Of a stretch of 64,000 bases of DNA, positions 42,136-58,256 are shown piece after piece. The notes under the pieces are model-generated. The model saw only the letters and a list, made by a program, of their open reading frames with translations, ran no database searches and had not been told where the DNA came from. Every line of letters begins with the position of its first letter. Within the stretch, counting starts at the first letter, position 1. The translations under genes and the position numbers were made by a program. This stretch comes from Octopus vulgaris (lineage: Eukaryota), in contig OX597824.1 of NCBI GenBank assembly GCA_951406725.2, positions 50,654,001-50,718,000 on the forward strand. Reading direction: 5' to 3'.

Positions 42136-42457
42136 TATGAAAACTCGTAGCTTATTTTGCTGGGTATCATGGAAAATGTCAGCTGTTCACAGCCAGCAGA
42201 CTAAGGTGACACTTGTTTACTGGTCAGGCTGCAAGAACCCTGCGAAGAATTCTTGCAGTTCTAACCAATACTGATTTTTGTAGTTGTTTTTACCTTCAAA
42301 CTTGCACCAATCTTTCTCAGCCATGTTGGTAGTTAAGCGCTGATACTTCCAAGTGCATCAATTACTATTGGTATCAGGTCTATTTTCTTCATTGACCATA
42401 ACCTTCGTATTTCTCACTTCAAATCGTCATGGCTGTTTATTTTTCTTCTTCTTTCAC
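42136..42457 (-). mobile_element. 3' end of an R4/Dong-like LINE (same family as 41751)
   Basis: The minus strand, with frameshifts, gives KEEEK/INSHDDLK*EIRRLWSMKKIDLIPIVIDALGSI..LPTWLRKIG../LQKSVLVRTARILRRVLAA*, an REL-domain C-terminus. The 3' UTR matches 41850-41935. Confidence 0.8.
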
Positions 42458-42589
<132 letters not shown>

Positions 42590-42822
42590 TTCCGATTGAT
42601 TTGCAACCAGAGACATAAGTCGCGTATATTTCCGATGGAGAGAAACTTCCTGAGAATGTCAGCTCTGTATTTTGTGTCTCATAAATTGCTGGTCAAAAAA
42701 TTTGTCACTACTTTTCGTGATCATTCCCAGAGTACCTACAACAACAGGAATGGTATTGGTTTTTAATTACCACGCTCTAGATATCTCAATCTCAATGTCC
42801 TTATATTTCGACAGTTCTTCTA
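42590..42822 (-). mobile_element. 3' end of a second R4/Dong-like LINE family
   Basis: The minus strand gives EELSKYKDIEIEISRAW*LKTNTIPVVVGTLGMI...DILRKFLSI, followed by a (TAA)n tail. Confidence 0.75.
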
Positions 42823-42838
42823 TTATTATTATTATTAT

Positions 42839-42892
<54 letters not shown>

Positions 42893-42895
<3 letters not shown>

Positions 42896-43439
42896 AGTGC
42901 ATGTCATCAAAGCGACACAGGGATAAGATATACGAAGCCCAGCATACCCATCATGACTACCCGTCTGATAAGGGTACACCAGGCACATATATCACAGCCA
43001 TATGTGCGCAACATAGTGATCTCATATCAAGATAATCAGTGCATCACTTTGGAGGTGGAACCCAGTTAGAATGTTCTTCGGGTCGAGTAGCCAATCCCGC
43101 TCAAAAGGTCCGTGAATAAGTGTTGTTTAAGGATGTTGAATAAAACACCCATGTTTCCAAAAGTGAATTAGCCAAACCCCAAAGAAATTCCTCTCAACAC
43201 ATGGCTATGATGCTTCCCCACTACTTCTGCTTGTGATCAGAGATGCACATATCGTCAGCCACCAAGGGACATGCCTCAAGTGGTTAAGGTCAAACAACTG
43301 ATAAGTAAATCTGTGGTATCGAGCAGAATATTTGCTGTAGCCCATCTTTTATACCAAGAGAAAACGATGTACCTGATAACACTTGCAATCAATGAAGATA
43401 AGGAGCCATGAGAGACACTGCCTGGTACTGCATCAGGGC

Positions 43440-43441
<2 letters not shown>
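42893..43441. mobile_element. Putative non-autonomous element between (GA)n and (TTA)n tracts
   Basis: About 550 bp of higher-complexity non-coding sequence with sharp microsatellite borders, inside the TAA-targeted cluster. Single copy in this window. Confidence 0.4.
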
Positions 43442-43505
<64 letters not shown>

Positions 43506-43506
43506 T

Positions 43507-43630
43507 ACGAGGTCAAATTTGCTTTTCCGGGGTCGATGAAATAAGTACTGGTTACGCACAGGGGTCGATGTAATCAACTTGTTCCTTCCCCCCCAAAATG
43601 TCAGGCCTTGTGCCTTTAGTAGAAAGGATT
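43507..43630 (+). mobile_element. SINE group B, 3' part
   Basis: GGGGTCGATGAAATAAGTAC...GGGGTCGATGTAATC...GGCCTTGTGCCTTTAGTAGAAAGGATT. Confidence 0.75.
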
Positions 43631-43748
43631 CTTCTTCTTCTTCTTCTTCTTCTTCTTCTTCTTCTTCTTCTTCTTCTTCTTCTTCTTCTTCTTCTTCTTC
43701 TTCTTCTTCTTCTTCATGCTGTTGTTGTTGGTATTATTATTATTATTA

Positions 43749-43840
<92 letters not shown>
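43629..43840. repeat. (TTC)n then (TTA)n microsatellites
   Basis: Seen directly. Confidence 0.95.
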
Positions 43841-43845
<5 letters not shown>

Positions 43846-44021
43846 AGTGAGCTTGTAAAAACTCAAGTGTAAAAACCAGAAAGAAATTCCACAAAGCATT
43901 TTTCGACACTCTAACGAATCTGCCAGCTTGTTGGTTTGATGACGACGACGACGACGACTATGATGATGATGATAACGATGATAAGAAGAAGAAGAGAAAA
44001 AAGAACAGCAATAACAATAAC

Positions 44022-44415
44022 ATTTTCTACTATTGACATAAAGCCTGAAATTTTGGGGAAGGAGTAAGTAGTCAATTGCATTGATTCCGTTGCTCAACTG
44101 ATACTTATGATAATGATGATAATAAGGATTTCTAATTTTGGCACAAGGCTAGCAATTTCGAGCGAAGGGGAAGTCGATTACATCGATCCCAGTACACAAC
44201 TGGTACTTGTTTTATCGACCCTAAAAGGGTGAAAGGCTAAGTCGAATTCTGCAGAAGTTGAACTCAGAACATGAAGACGAACGAAATGCCGCTAAGCATT
44301 TCGCCCGGCAAGCTAATGATTCTGCCACCTCACCGCCTCTATAATGATAATAATGATGATGAGGATGATGATGATGATGATGATGATAATGATGATGATG
44401 ATGATCATCATCATC

Positions 44416-44462
<47 letters not shown>

Positions 44463-44811
44463 CCTTTCTACTATAGGCACAAAGCCTGGATTTTGTACAG
44501 TCGATCACATCAACCCCAGCACTCGACTGGTACTTAATTTATCAACTCTGAAAGGATGAAGGGCAAAGTCGCCCTCAGCGAAATTTGAACGTAAAGACGG
44601 ACGAAATACCTATTTCTTTGCTCTCCACAAGGGGCTAAGCACAGAGAAGACAAACAAGGACAGGCAAACGGATTAAGTTGATTATATCGACTCCAGTGCG
44701 TAACTGGTACTTATTTAATCGACCCCGAAAGGATGAAACTCAGAACGTAACGGCAGACGAAATACCGCTTAGCATTTCGTCCGGCGTGCTAACGATTTTG
44801 CCAGCTCGCCG
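44022..44811 (-). mobile_element. Cluster of group B SINE copies and fragments
   Basis: Units at about 44022-44108, 44125-44338, 44460-44610 and 44610-44811, with TCGATTACATCGA.CCCAGT / ACTGGTACTT bodies and AACGATT(C/T)TGCCAGCTC-type heads on +. Confidence 0.8.
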
Positions 44812-44818
44812 ATAATAA

Positions 44819-45214
44819 TCTTTATATATAAAAGTGAAGTTGTGTGTCTGTCTCCTACGATTTAGATTCCTAACTACTCCCACATTTTTCGGTGCAGTGT
44901 AACCAAAAGCGGGTATCTTATAGTCGTGATTCATATCGAGCTCTTCTGGGTATTAGCGCGCGTCTACGATGAGTCTACAATTTAAAAAAAAATTTCCCAT
45001 CATTTTTCCCCATTTTTAATGCATTTTTTTGCTATTATATAAGGGAAGTAACTCTCTAAAAATGTATTATTAAATCTCAGAACGTAAAAAACTACAGTAA
45101 CACTCCTCCTTTGAGGTTAGCCATATTGAGATGGCTATTATACTTTACATCTCTAAAAATGCTTATATAGTTATTTCCCTTACAAACCCGAGCAACGCCG
45201 GGCGATACTGCTAG
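44819..45214 (+). mobile_element. Non-autonomous Helitron (396 bp)
   Basis: A|TCTTTATATATAAAAG 5' end; 3' CCCGA-GCAACG-CCGGG hairpin, then CTAG (45211-14)|T. The ends are homologous to those of 773-1882. Confidence 0.85.
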
Positions 45215-46109
45215 TTTCTAATAAATGGATCAAATTTATAAATGAATAGTCGATTAGTCTCTATCATTCGCTGGTATTTTATCTTATCCAGCCTAAAAGG
45301 AAAACAAAAAAGAAAGCAAGTAATAAAAGAAAAAAAATTGCCCTTCACAAGATTTGAACATAGGACCCCATGAACTGGAACAGACTGCGGAAACCGTTGT
45401 GGCCGAGACATTAACGACTCTGCTAATACAATGCACTAAATAACATCTAATTAAGTTATTGGATGGATCTTGTCACTCGTATCAATCCGAGAACCAGATT
45501 GGTGCTTCATATTAATGATGCTGGAAGGATAAAGAGAGAAGCTAATGTCGACAGTATTCGAACGCACAACATAAAGAGCGGAAACCAATAACACAAGGTG
45601 CCTGCGAAATGATTATATTTTTAATCAGAACGGCAATTAGGATAAATATTCAATAAGTGATACCTGCCTAATCGGACATCCTCTGCTACTAGAATATCAT
45701 TTAGTTGCACAATTTTCCTGGGAAGCCGTAATTATATAAATGTCACAAAACTTTCAGGGATTTTAAAACTTTCGTTATACATACGTTAATGAAGAGATAA
45801 TTTCAGATATACATATATATACATGGATGAATTTCCTGGCAGTGAAACGTACATTGTATAATGTATTTTCGTGTGTGAGTGAGTGTGTATAAGTATGTGT
45901 ACGCACGCACACACACACATAGGTTGATTTATATGTTTATTTATAGATATGTTTACACACACATATATTCTCATAAACACATGTAAAAGTATGTATGATG
46001 TATGTATATTATACAAGAGTGTATATGAATATATAGATATCCGTGCATGTGTGTGTGTATGTCTAAGGATATCAATCACACCTACTATTATCTATCAATC
46101 AATCAATCA

Positions 46110-46175
<66 letters not shown>

Positions 46176-46183
46176 ATACATAC

Positions 46184-46219
<36 letters not shown>

Positions 46220-46337
46220 ACACATACACACATACATATATACATACATATACATGCATGCATAATACGTACAAATATATGCATACGCACGCATACACAC
46301 ACATACACACATATTTAATATCTCTCTCTCTCTCTCT

Positions 46338-46393
<56 letters not shown>

Positions 46394-46925
46394 GGAAGTG
46401 TATCTATTTAAAACGTATATAAATCATCAAACACTCTATATTAATGGCATGAGTCATATTTTTAGTTACTAGGTGTTGGTTTTTAGATATTAAGAACATA
46501 TTTTCTAAAACACACGCACACAACACCCATTCACTCACTAACACGCACGCACTTTCACACACACCTATACACTATATATTAAATAGATACATGTACATAC
46601 ATATATACATGCACACGCACGCACACACACACATACATATATGTATATATATATATATATATATATAAACATGTATATGTAATTATATTTATATCATGGC
46701 TTATATAAATACGCATATATGTATGCGTATATGTATTTATATAAACCATAATATTTGTAAATATAATTACATATACATCCTTATATATAAAGATCTTTAT
46801 ATGTACGCATATATATATATATATGTTTATATATATACATGTGTGTGCGTGTGCGCTTATATTCATAATTAATAAGTTATCATAAAATAGCTACATCGAA
46901 GCAATGTATATGTTGATTATTATTA

Positions 46926-47017
<92 letters not shown>

Positions 47018-47130
47018 TTTGTCCACATTTCTCCTTAAATACAACTTATTAAAATTGTACTCAGGGAATAATAAAGCTCGATATCCGTTGATCATGTAAC
47101 AATAATTTCTATGTGATTATTATAGGTTGG

Positions 47131-47222
<92 letters not shown>

Positions 47223-47669
47223 ACCATACATATATAAATTTTATTGACATACACAGTCACATACATACAGTTATATATATAGGTGTGTGTATACACACAC
47301 ACACATATATATAGTATATACATATATATGTACAAATACAAGCAGAGTGATAGGTAGATACGGTGGGATCGAGCTAGCGGAAGTGAGAGGAAGAGAGAGA
47401 GGGAAATAGAGAAAGGGAGAGAGGGGATGTGAGAGAGAGCGGAATTTCCCTTGTTGGTTCCTAATCCAATCATTATCATGGTTATTCCACTTAATGGAAA
47501 AGTATGTCTATTCTACATCGTATAAAACCTCATAAAAGTTCCCTTAATCAGAAGAAAGGCAGCAAATTGTATTTTTATAGACAAACACGCACCACATGTT
47601 TATAGGTTTACATGCTTATATGCATACATGTATATATATAATTATGTATGTTTGCATGTATGTATATAT

Positions 47670-47722
<53 letters not shown>

Positions 47723-47865
47723 TGTGTGTGTGTATATGTATAATTAATATATATATATTTATATATATACATGTATATATGAATATATTTATATAGTTAT
47801 AAATACTTCCGTACTCACACATACACATTTATAAATAAATATAGGCAGCTATGTCTATCAATCTG

Positions 47866-47964
<99 letters not shown>

Positions 47965-48096
47965 GTCCGTTTGCTTGTCTGTCTCTTTCTATCAGTATAT
48001 GTATGTGTATGTGTGCCTGATTATGCATATACATTTATGTATATAAATGTGTGAGTGTGTGTGTGTGTGTGTGCATATATATATATGTATGTATAT

Positions 48097-48672
<576 letters not shown>

Positions 48673-48684
48673 AGTGTGAAAAGT

Positions 48685-48849
48685 TAGGCACAGATGAGGT
48701 TGTGTGGTAAGAAGCTTGCTTTCTAACCATATGATCCAGGTTCATTCCCAATGCGTGGCGCCTTTGACAAGTGTCTTCTATTATAGCCTCGGGATGACCA
48801 AAGTCTTATGAGAGGATTTGGTAGATGGAAACTGGAAGAAGCACATCGT
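48685..48849 (+). mobile_element. SINE group A, 5' half
   Basis: TGTGTGGTAAGAAGCTTGC...GGATTTGGTAGATGGAAACTGGAAGAAGC. Confidence 0.8.
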
Positions 48850-48850
48850 A

Positions 48851-48987
<137 letters not shown>

Positions 48988-49002
48988 ATATATATTTATA
49001 TG

Positions 49003-49041
<39 letters not shown>

Positions 49042-49055
49042 ATAGATAGACAGAC

Positions 49056-49142
<87 letters not shown>

Positions 49143-49540
49143 AATGAGCGTGGCAACAGAGATCAATCAGAAATTCAGAATGTCGTGGTATTTTCAAGGT
49201 ATGAAAAATGTGTATGTATCCGTGGATACTTTAGGTGAAGAGGGATTGAAAGAGGGAGGAGAGAGAGAGAGAGAGAGTGAGAGTGAGTGAGTTGTGTGTG
49301 TGTGTGTATGTGCGTGTGTGTATTTGTGTGTGTGTGTGTGCGTGTGTGTATTTGTGTGTGTGTGTTCGTGCTTGTGATATAGTAGAATAAGCATAGAAAT
49401 GAACGTTTACATATAAGAACACTCTCCCTCTCTGAACGACAAAAGAACGGGCGTGAGATCGCACTCAACCACGCACACATACATACATACATACATATAT
49501 GCATACATAATACCTATATATATATACATATATATATATG

Positions 49541-49573
<33 letters not shown>

Positions 49574-49936
49574 TATGCATATGCAATACAAAAAATTTGC
49601 CACCAAATTCTTTCCGATGGACAAAAGTCAGGTTTAGCAGACTTTGAGCCATAATTGTCTGCGTAGCTTTCAGCGCATGGTGAACAATTGTTTCATGATT
49701 TGTTAAAAGCCGACATATTCTTTCTGGTGTACCTTAATAAAAACTGAGTAAGGAAAGAGGAAGATTCTGAAATATCACTTGAGATTAAATGTAAAGAGAA
49801 ATTTAATACTTTACAGAACAATTTCCCCCCCTCTCTCTATATATATATATGTATGTAATCATACACACATATACATGTATATATATTTATGTAAAGTATA
49901 TATTTATTTTTATATTATATTTTATATATCTATAGA

Positions 49937-50262
49937 CAGTAGAACCTCGCAGTATGAGTGCCCAATTGTACGAGCGTGTTTCATCCAAGCACGAATCGTC
50001 CCATGTTTAAGGTAATTCAGTTAATAAAACCAGTTTACATATTTCTTTTGCATTCTCTTTTTTATAGTTGTCATTTTACTTGTAACACACCCTTTCTCTT
50101 TTAAAACACATTAAAAAACTGCTTTTGAGTGTTTTTAAAGGATGGAACGGATTAATTATATTTTAGTTAATTTCAATGGGGAAAATTGATTTGTAAAACG
50201 AGTAAATTGTAAGATGAGCTCGGTCAGGGAACGAATTAAACTCGTACTGCGAGGTATCACTG
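49937..50262. mobile_element. Tigger/pogo-like MITE
   Basis: Imperfect TIRs CAGTAGAACCTCGCAGTATGAGT and ACTCGTACTGCGAGGTATCACTG. The right end is followed by TA (left flank GA). No ORF. Confidence 0.7.
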
Positions 50263-50687
<425 letters not shown>

Positions 50688-50764
50688 TACACACAAACAC
50701 CTTTATATATATATATATATATATATATCTATATATATATATATAATATACATACACCTGCGCT

Positions 50765-51058
50765 GGCATGCGAATTCATGGTAAAAGTGTTGTATTAATA
50801 ATCGTACCATTGTGTTATCGATATCCGGACCAGGCGTTGCGTTGTTCTTCTTATGCAAAAAAAAAACAAAAACAAAAAAACAAACAAAAAACGCAAAACA
50901 GAAGTTCTTTTCACACTGCTGCAGTCCACTCAGTTGGCGAAAATATGTAATCCAGTGCTAAACAGGTCTACCGTCTGGGAAGTGGGGGCGGAGAGAATAT
51001 GCTCCCCACCGAATCCGAGTAACTGGCCTTACGAGAGCCTATGGTTAGGAAAGGACTT
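50765..51058 (+). mobile_element. SINE group C (decayed)
   Basis: TTCACACTGCTGCAGTCCACTCAGTTGGCGAAAAT and CCGGACCAGGCGTTGCGTTGT match 14890-15138. Confidence 0.65.
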
Positions 51059-51341
51059 TGATCCCTTTTATTTTTTTACATACATTCATACACACATACA
51101 TACACACACACACATATACACACATACATACATGCTTACATACATACTATACACACATATATATATATGATAAATATATTTTAATGTATATTATATATAG
51201 CATATAAGGTATTTATCTATGTATATACACAAACGCGCACATATAAAATGATATTCATACCTATGCTTATATAATTACACGAGCATGTTGCCGTAATTCC
51301 TAAAATATACAGAAACTGAATGTAGAATAATTGTATTTACA

Positions 51342-51395
<54 letters not shown>

Positions 51396-51574
51396 TTATG
51401 TATTAAAACTGCTTACTATATTTCATGAAATATCTCGTAACCGAAACTGAAATTTATAGATTGGCACAACTTGTCAGAAAACAAAGTGTTGTGACAGTAA
51501 TGACGTTTAAATAATTACCTCATTATATATAAGTAATACTTTCACTCTCACACTCTCTCACCCTCTCTCTTTCA

Positions 51575-51657
<83 letters not shown>

Positions 51658-51897
51658 CCTGTCTGTCTGTCTGTCTGTCTGTTTCTCTACCGTTATATGC
51701 ATCATGTGTTTCTTTGTGCATGTTTGTGTGTATGTGTGTTTATAAATGCACATATCTGTGTATATGACTGTCTTTTCATGTGTGAATCTGTTTACACGCA
51801 TGCATAAAGAAATGCATATATATATATATATGTGTGTGTGTGTGGATGCATGTATGTACTTGTAAACATAAATATTTTACTCACGCACATATATGTA

Positions 51898-51985
<88 letters not shown>

Positions 51986-52179
51986 CATACACACACACAA
52001 GTGCACATACACACATGTGTACCTACAATATCTATGATATCATGGAATTTCATAATATACTCTCTCATGTAAACTAAAGACCTATTCGCCTGAAATAATA
52101 CGTAAAGTACCGTTTCAAATCTTCTCAAAAAGCAAACATACACATAAATATGATATATTTTTCCTTAAACATTCAACCG

Positions 52180-52235
<56 letters not shown>

Positions 52236-52619
52236 ATATATATAGATAGATAGATTTAAATATATATATATATATATATAGATAGATAGATAGATATACA
52301 CGTACACATATATATGTATATGTATGTATGTATATTAATTTTTTCAATTAATTCTTAATATCTATTTTCAGAGAGTCGAAGCCATTTCTTACACAGATGT
52401 AAACTATTCGAAATAGCAATTATTTGGGATTACAGTTGAAGCAGCAAGAATCGAACCAGATTTTATATTTATCATAACTGGCTGTTCTTTGTCGATTCTG
52501 TATAAGCTACGTTTGTGACATCATTGTAATTATTTGTGTTATATACTGATACTTAAATAATTTGCCTTTGGTCCCTCTTGGGTCGAAAAACTAAGGCAGG
52601 GCCAGGATCGATGGCAGCA

Positions 52620-52755
52620 ACTAACTAGCGAACAGCTTGACAAATGTGCTTAGCGGCATTTTTTCCATCTTTGTGTTCTGAGTTCAAAACTTGCCACAAC
52701 CTATTTTGCCTTTTCGTCTTCTCAGAGTCGATATAATAAGTACTAGTTGAGCATC
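52620..52755 (+). mobile_element. SINE group B (decayed)
   Basis: GCTTAGCGGCATTT...GTTCTGAGTTCAAA...GTCGATATAATAAGTACTAGTTGAGCA. Confidence 0.6.
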
Positions 52756-53536
52756 GCCAAACGCCACCGTACTTATTATTGATAGAAATGTTACTATGGA
52801 CAACAAAATTTCCTCGCTATTCGGTTATGTCCCTTTCAATTTTCAGTACAAGACCCTACCCCGCATCAGATGGATTTCTCTTTCCTTCGTTCTGATCTAA
52901 TAAACTCAGCGCCAGTCATATATTAGAGCTGCACCTATAGAATACACCATTCGTAGATCAGTTTCCATCAGTGTCCTGTGTCAATATTAGAAAACCATAT
53001 CATGTGATAGTATTTTGATTATATTCATGTGATTTACCTATTTATCAATAGATTTTCTATATCAATAGGTAGTTTCACACCAAATATATTTGGGGCATGA
53101 GGAATATATAATATTCTGCGCATAGATTGAAATTACAAGTTCGGAGGGACTAGTTATATAAGCTAAACATATACTCAGCTGTTGAGAGTGAAGATATTTG
53201 CATAGGTGCTATGAAGTATATATGTGTGTATGTGAGTGAGCGTATGCATATATATAAACACATATACTTACATATATATGTATATATATACTTACATATT
53301 TATATATACATAAACATTTATACATGTACATACATGTATATATATATATGCCTCCATATATATATGCATATACACATACATATGTATATATATGTATGTG
53401 CATATATATACATGTATATGCGAATGTCTACAAATATATAAATATATGTTGTCATATGTATATATGTTCGTATATACATGTATACATATGCATATATACT
53501 TATATATATGTGAGTATATATATATATACACATCTA

Positions 53537-53693
53537 TAAAATCCACTCCAAATATACATCTACCAATTCCTCTCACAAGGCTTTGGTCAGCCCGAGGCTA
53601 TAGCAGAAGTCACTTCCCCAAAGTACCACGCAGTGGGACTGAACCCGGAACTATGTAAACACAAGCTTCTTACCACACAGCCACGCCTGCGCC
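53537..53693 (-). mobile_element. SINE group A, 5' half
   Basis: CTCACAAGGCTTTGGTCAGCCCGAGGCTATAG...ACCACACAGCCACGCCTGCGCC. Confidence 0.8.
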
Positions 53694-53745
53694 TATATGT
53701 GTGTGAGAGTTTCTGTATGCATGTGTGCATATATTTGTGTGTATA

Positions 53746-53776
<31 letters not shown>

Positions 53777-53805
53777 ATTTAAATATATATATATATGCAT
53801 ATATA

Positions 53806-53851
<46 letters not shown>

Positions 53852-54290
53852 TATATATATATATAATGTAAATTTCTCATCTGTATAGTATTATGTGAAA
53901 ACTATGTGATATTAAGGTTAAGGTATACAAAGTTAAAAAGATGAAAACTAATAAGTTTCCAATACATAAAGGAAAATATTTCTCTTTATAAAATGTTGAA
54001 ATATTCACAGTGAACGAAACAGCTGAGTTTGTGCAAAATATGGAATTAATTACCAACTGTGTGAATATATATATATCTTAACACATTTATATATATTTAT
54101 ATACATAATGTATATATGTATATGTATATATATAGATATACATATGTATGTATGCACGTATATACATATGCATATGTGTGTGTATTTATATATATATATA
54201 TATATATGCATACATGCATATATATATATATATATATACATATATATACATCCATACGTATATAAATATATATTCGTACATATATATGTG

Positions 54291-54343
<53 letters not shown>

Positions 54344-55099
54344 CTGCAGTCAAATGATTGAAACATGAATATATAAACGGCATATATCAGATCAAAATAT
54401 ATATCCTACAAAGTTAAAACACCATTGTTCTTGGAAGCGAAAAAACTTATAATTAATTCGGTTGACACATTAAAAGGCGAATAGTTTATAAAAGTTTTTA
54501 ACTAGTACCAAATGTACATAGTACGGTGCAGGGAAAATCTATACTTTAAGTAGGAGTTGGTTTGAATATATGCAATATAGACTAACGAAATTTAATCCTA
54601 ATAAATGGAAATAAATTTATATTGGGTCCAAGTGATTTTTGGTTTTAAATAATTTACAATTAGAATTCAAACCTAGTTAAAGAATTCAAAGCTGGTTAAT
54701 TAATATATTTTATTTGAATTTTGCACACCTGTACTAAGAATTTTTCAACCGGTTACATAAACGAGTATTAAGGTATACAGAACTAAGAATGTTATACTGA
54801 ACGTTATGCTGAACGGAAATGAAATAGATATGATAGATGAATGAATGAATTTAGAAATACTTAGGAATGGTAGGATTATTTTATAGAAGCATACTGTCAT
54901 TAATAAATATACCAACAGATATTACTGGTGTTTGATGAATATTGAAAGACAAAAATCTAACAATTTGGTCTTCGATTAATGTATTCCGTGAAGTGTATTT
55001 AACCATGTTTTGTAGAAATAATTGAGTATACATCATGTAGATACGTGCGTGTATATGTGTATGTATGCATATATGTGTATATATTATATATATATATAA

Positions 55100-55252
55100 C
55101 GTAGCTGTGTGGTAAGAAGATTGCTTCAAAACTACATGGTTCAGGATTCAGTCCCACTGCATGGCACCTCGGGCCGGTGTCTTGTACTTGAGCCTCGGGT
55201 CGACCAAAGCTTTGTGAATGGATTTGGTAGTCGGAAACAGAAAGTAGCCTGT
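55100..55252 (+). mobile_element. SINE group A, 5' half
   Basis: GCTGTGTGGTAAGA...GATTCAGTCCCACTGCATGGCACC...GGATTTGGTAG. Confidence 0.8.
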
Positions 55253-55300
55253 CTTATATATATATATATATGTATGCATATATATATATACATATATATA

Positions 55301-55384
<84 letters not shown>

Positions 55385-55479
55385 TATATACATACATATA
55401 TGTATATGTGTATATATATGTATAATATAAATATACATATATATGTATGTATATATGTATATGTACCTATATATACATA

Positions 55480-55511
<32 letters not shown>

Positions 55512-55612
55512 GATCGATAGAGATAGAAAGAGAGATAGATATAGATGTATGTGTATATTTATGCATATATATATATCTATATGTATGTATAGGTGTGTAT
55601 ACATTATAATAG

Positions 55613-55678
<66 letters not shown>

Positions 55679-55740
55679 ATATATATATATGAAAATAATA
55701 ATGCAATACAATATTGGTGCCTTGTTGTACCATCTATCTA

Positions 55741-56164
55741 CTTTTATATACTCTTTTACTCTTTTACTTGTTTCAGTCATTTGACTGCAGCCATGCTGGA
55801 GCACCGCCTTTTAATCGAGCAACTCCACCCCGGGACTTATTCTTTGTAAGCCCAGTACTTATTCTATCGGTCTCTTTTGCCCAACCGCTAAGTAACGGCG
55901 TCGTAAACACACCAGTATCGGTTGTCAAGCAATGCTAGGGGGACAAACACAGACACACAAACATACACACATGTATATATATATATATATACATATATAT
56001 ACGACGGGCTTCTTTCAGTTTCCATGTACCAAATCCACTCACAAGGCTTTGGTCGGCCCGAGGCTATAGTAGAAGACACTTGCCCAAGGTGCCACGCAGT
56101 GGGACTGATCCCGGAACCATGTGGTTGGTAAGCAAGCTACTTGCCACACAGCCACTCCTGTGCC
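55741..56164 (-). mobile_element. SINE group A, near full-length copy
   Basis: Nearly identical to 6152-6572. Confidence 0.92.
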
Positions 56165-56287
56165 TATATATATATATATATATTTCTTTATACGTATACA
56201 TATATGCATATATATGTATGCATATGCACATAGAAATTTATAGAAATATATACATATTTATATTTCTTTTATTTTTATCTTGTACTT

Positions 56288-56504
56288 TTTTTTTTCATTA
56301 GACTGTGGCCATGCTGGGAATGGCAATTTTAAAACTTTCAGTCAAGCGAATCGATCCCAGTAGTTGTTTATTTTAATGCCTGGTACTTATTCCAACGGTG
56401 ACTCTTGTCGAACCGCTAGCAGAAGGAGACATAAACACACCAACACTGGTTGCCGCGATGTGAGAAGGGGAGAGACAAGCACACATCAACACACACACAC
56501 CACA

Positions 56505-56548
<44 letters not shown>

Positions 56549-56640
56549 ACACATGCATACGGACGCGAACACACACGCTTAAACGCGCACACACACATGA
56601 TGGTCGTCTTTAAGTTTCAGTCTACCAAATCCCCTCTCAC
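56288..56640 (-). mobile_element. SINE group A, partial (diverged)
   Basis: AGACTGTGGCCATGCTGGG...GAACCGCTAG...CAGTCTACCAAATCC. Confidence 0.65.
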
Positions 56641-57343
56641 TAACACACACACACACACACGCACATACACACACACACACATACACACACACGCACATAC
56701 ACACACACACGCACATACACACACACATGCACCTATTTGAAAAAGTGAACAGAAATGGCTTAACTTAAAAACTTCTAATTATTAAAGTGGAAGAATTACC
56801 AGAAAAGACATTTCTATTCATTTTTTCAAATAAATATAATACTGTATCAAGGACTTTCTAGTTATTCTACTACACACACACACACATATATAGGTAGATA
56901 GATATGTATGCTTATATATATGTGTGTGTGTGTGTGTATACACATCAGGTTAGCTGTCTATATGAATATATATATGAATACATGCATCTTTTATTTGATT
57001 AAAATTGGTGACATTAACTGATACTATATATAACTCTATCTTCATCAATCGATCAATCTATCTATAGCCTGCACAATACGCGTGTGTGCAGATATACACA
57101 AACGAACATACACACACACACACATACACACATACACACATACAAACATGCATGCATACATATATACATGCATACATATATACATGCATACATACATACA
57201 TACACACACATATATATATGTGTGTTTGTTTATATTCAAATACACATATACGAACACATACGCACATACGCATACACACTCAGAGAAGATATATATATAT
57301 GTATATATATCTGACACACTCACTCCATCTCTCTCTTGCCCTC

Positions 57344-57399
<56 letters not shown>

Positions 57400-57475
57400 C
57401 ATGTATATATTTATATATTTATATAGATAGATAATTTTATATATATATATATAGATAGATAGATAGTTTTATATA

Positions 57476-57626
<151 letters not shown>

Positions 57627-58005
57627 AAGGGAAAATAGGCCCAGGCAGGTACCGTTAAAGTAATCTAGTATTATGCAAGTTCTGGTAGATTCCTTGTGGT
57701 ATCACCTTGAATAAACTTGCATGGAGTCGTTTTTAACCTGAACGAACTCTGGATGCAGTTGAAAAACTGGGATGCAAATGAAAAGCACATTGCAAAATAT
57801 CTATGCAGCAGGAACATATGTCAGAGTTTGAAATTAGATGTGCTATGTAAATGCCTGCAATTATAAGAACTGTGCAGATATATCATCCTCCATAGTTATT
57901 TGAATTTTCTTTATATATGTATATACACACATATTTGTATACATATATGTGTACGCACACACACATACATACACATACACACAAAAACACAAACACACAT
58001 AGATG

Positions 58006-58127
<122 letters not shown>

Positions 58128-58175
58128 TATACACACATCTGTGTATGTGTATCTATTTTCTATTTATCTGTGTGC

Positions 58176-58256
<81 letters not shown>

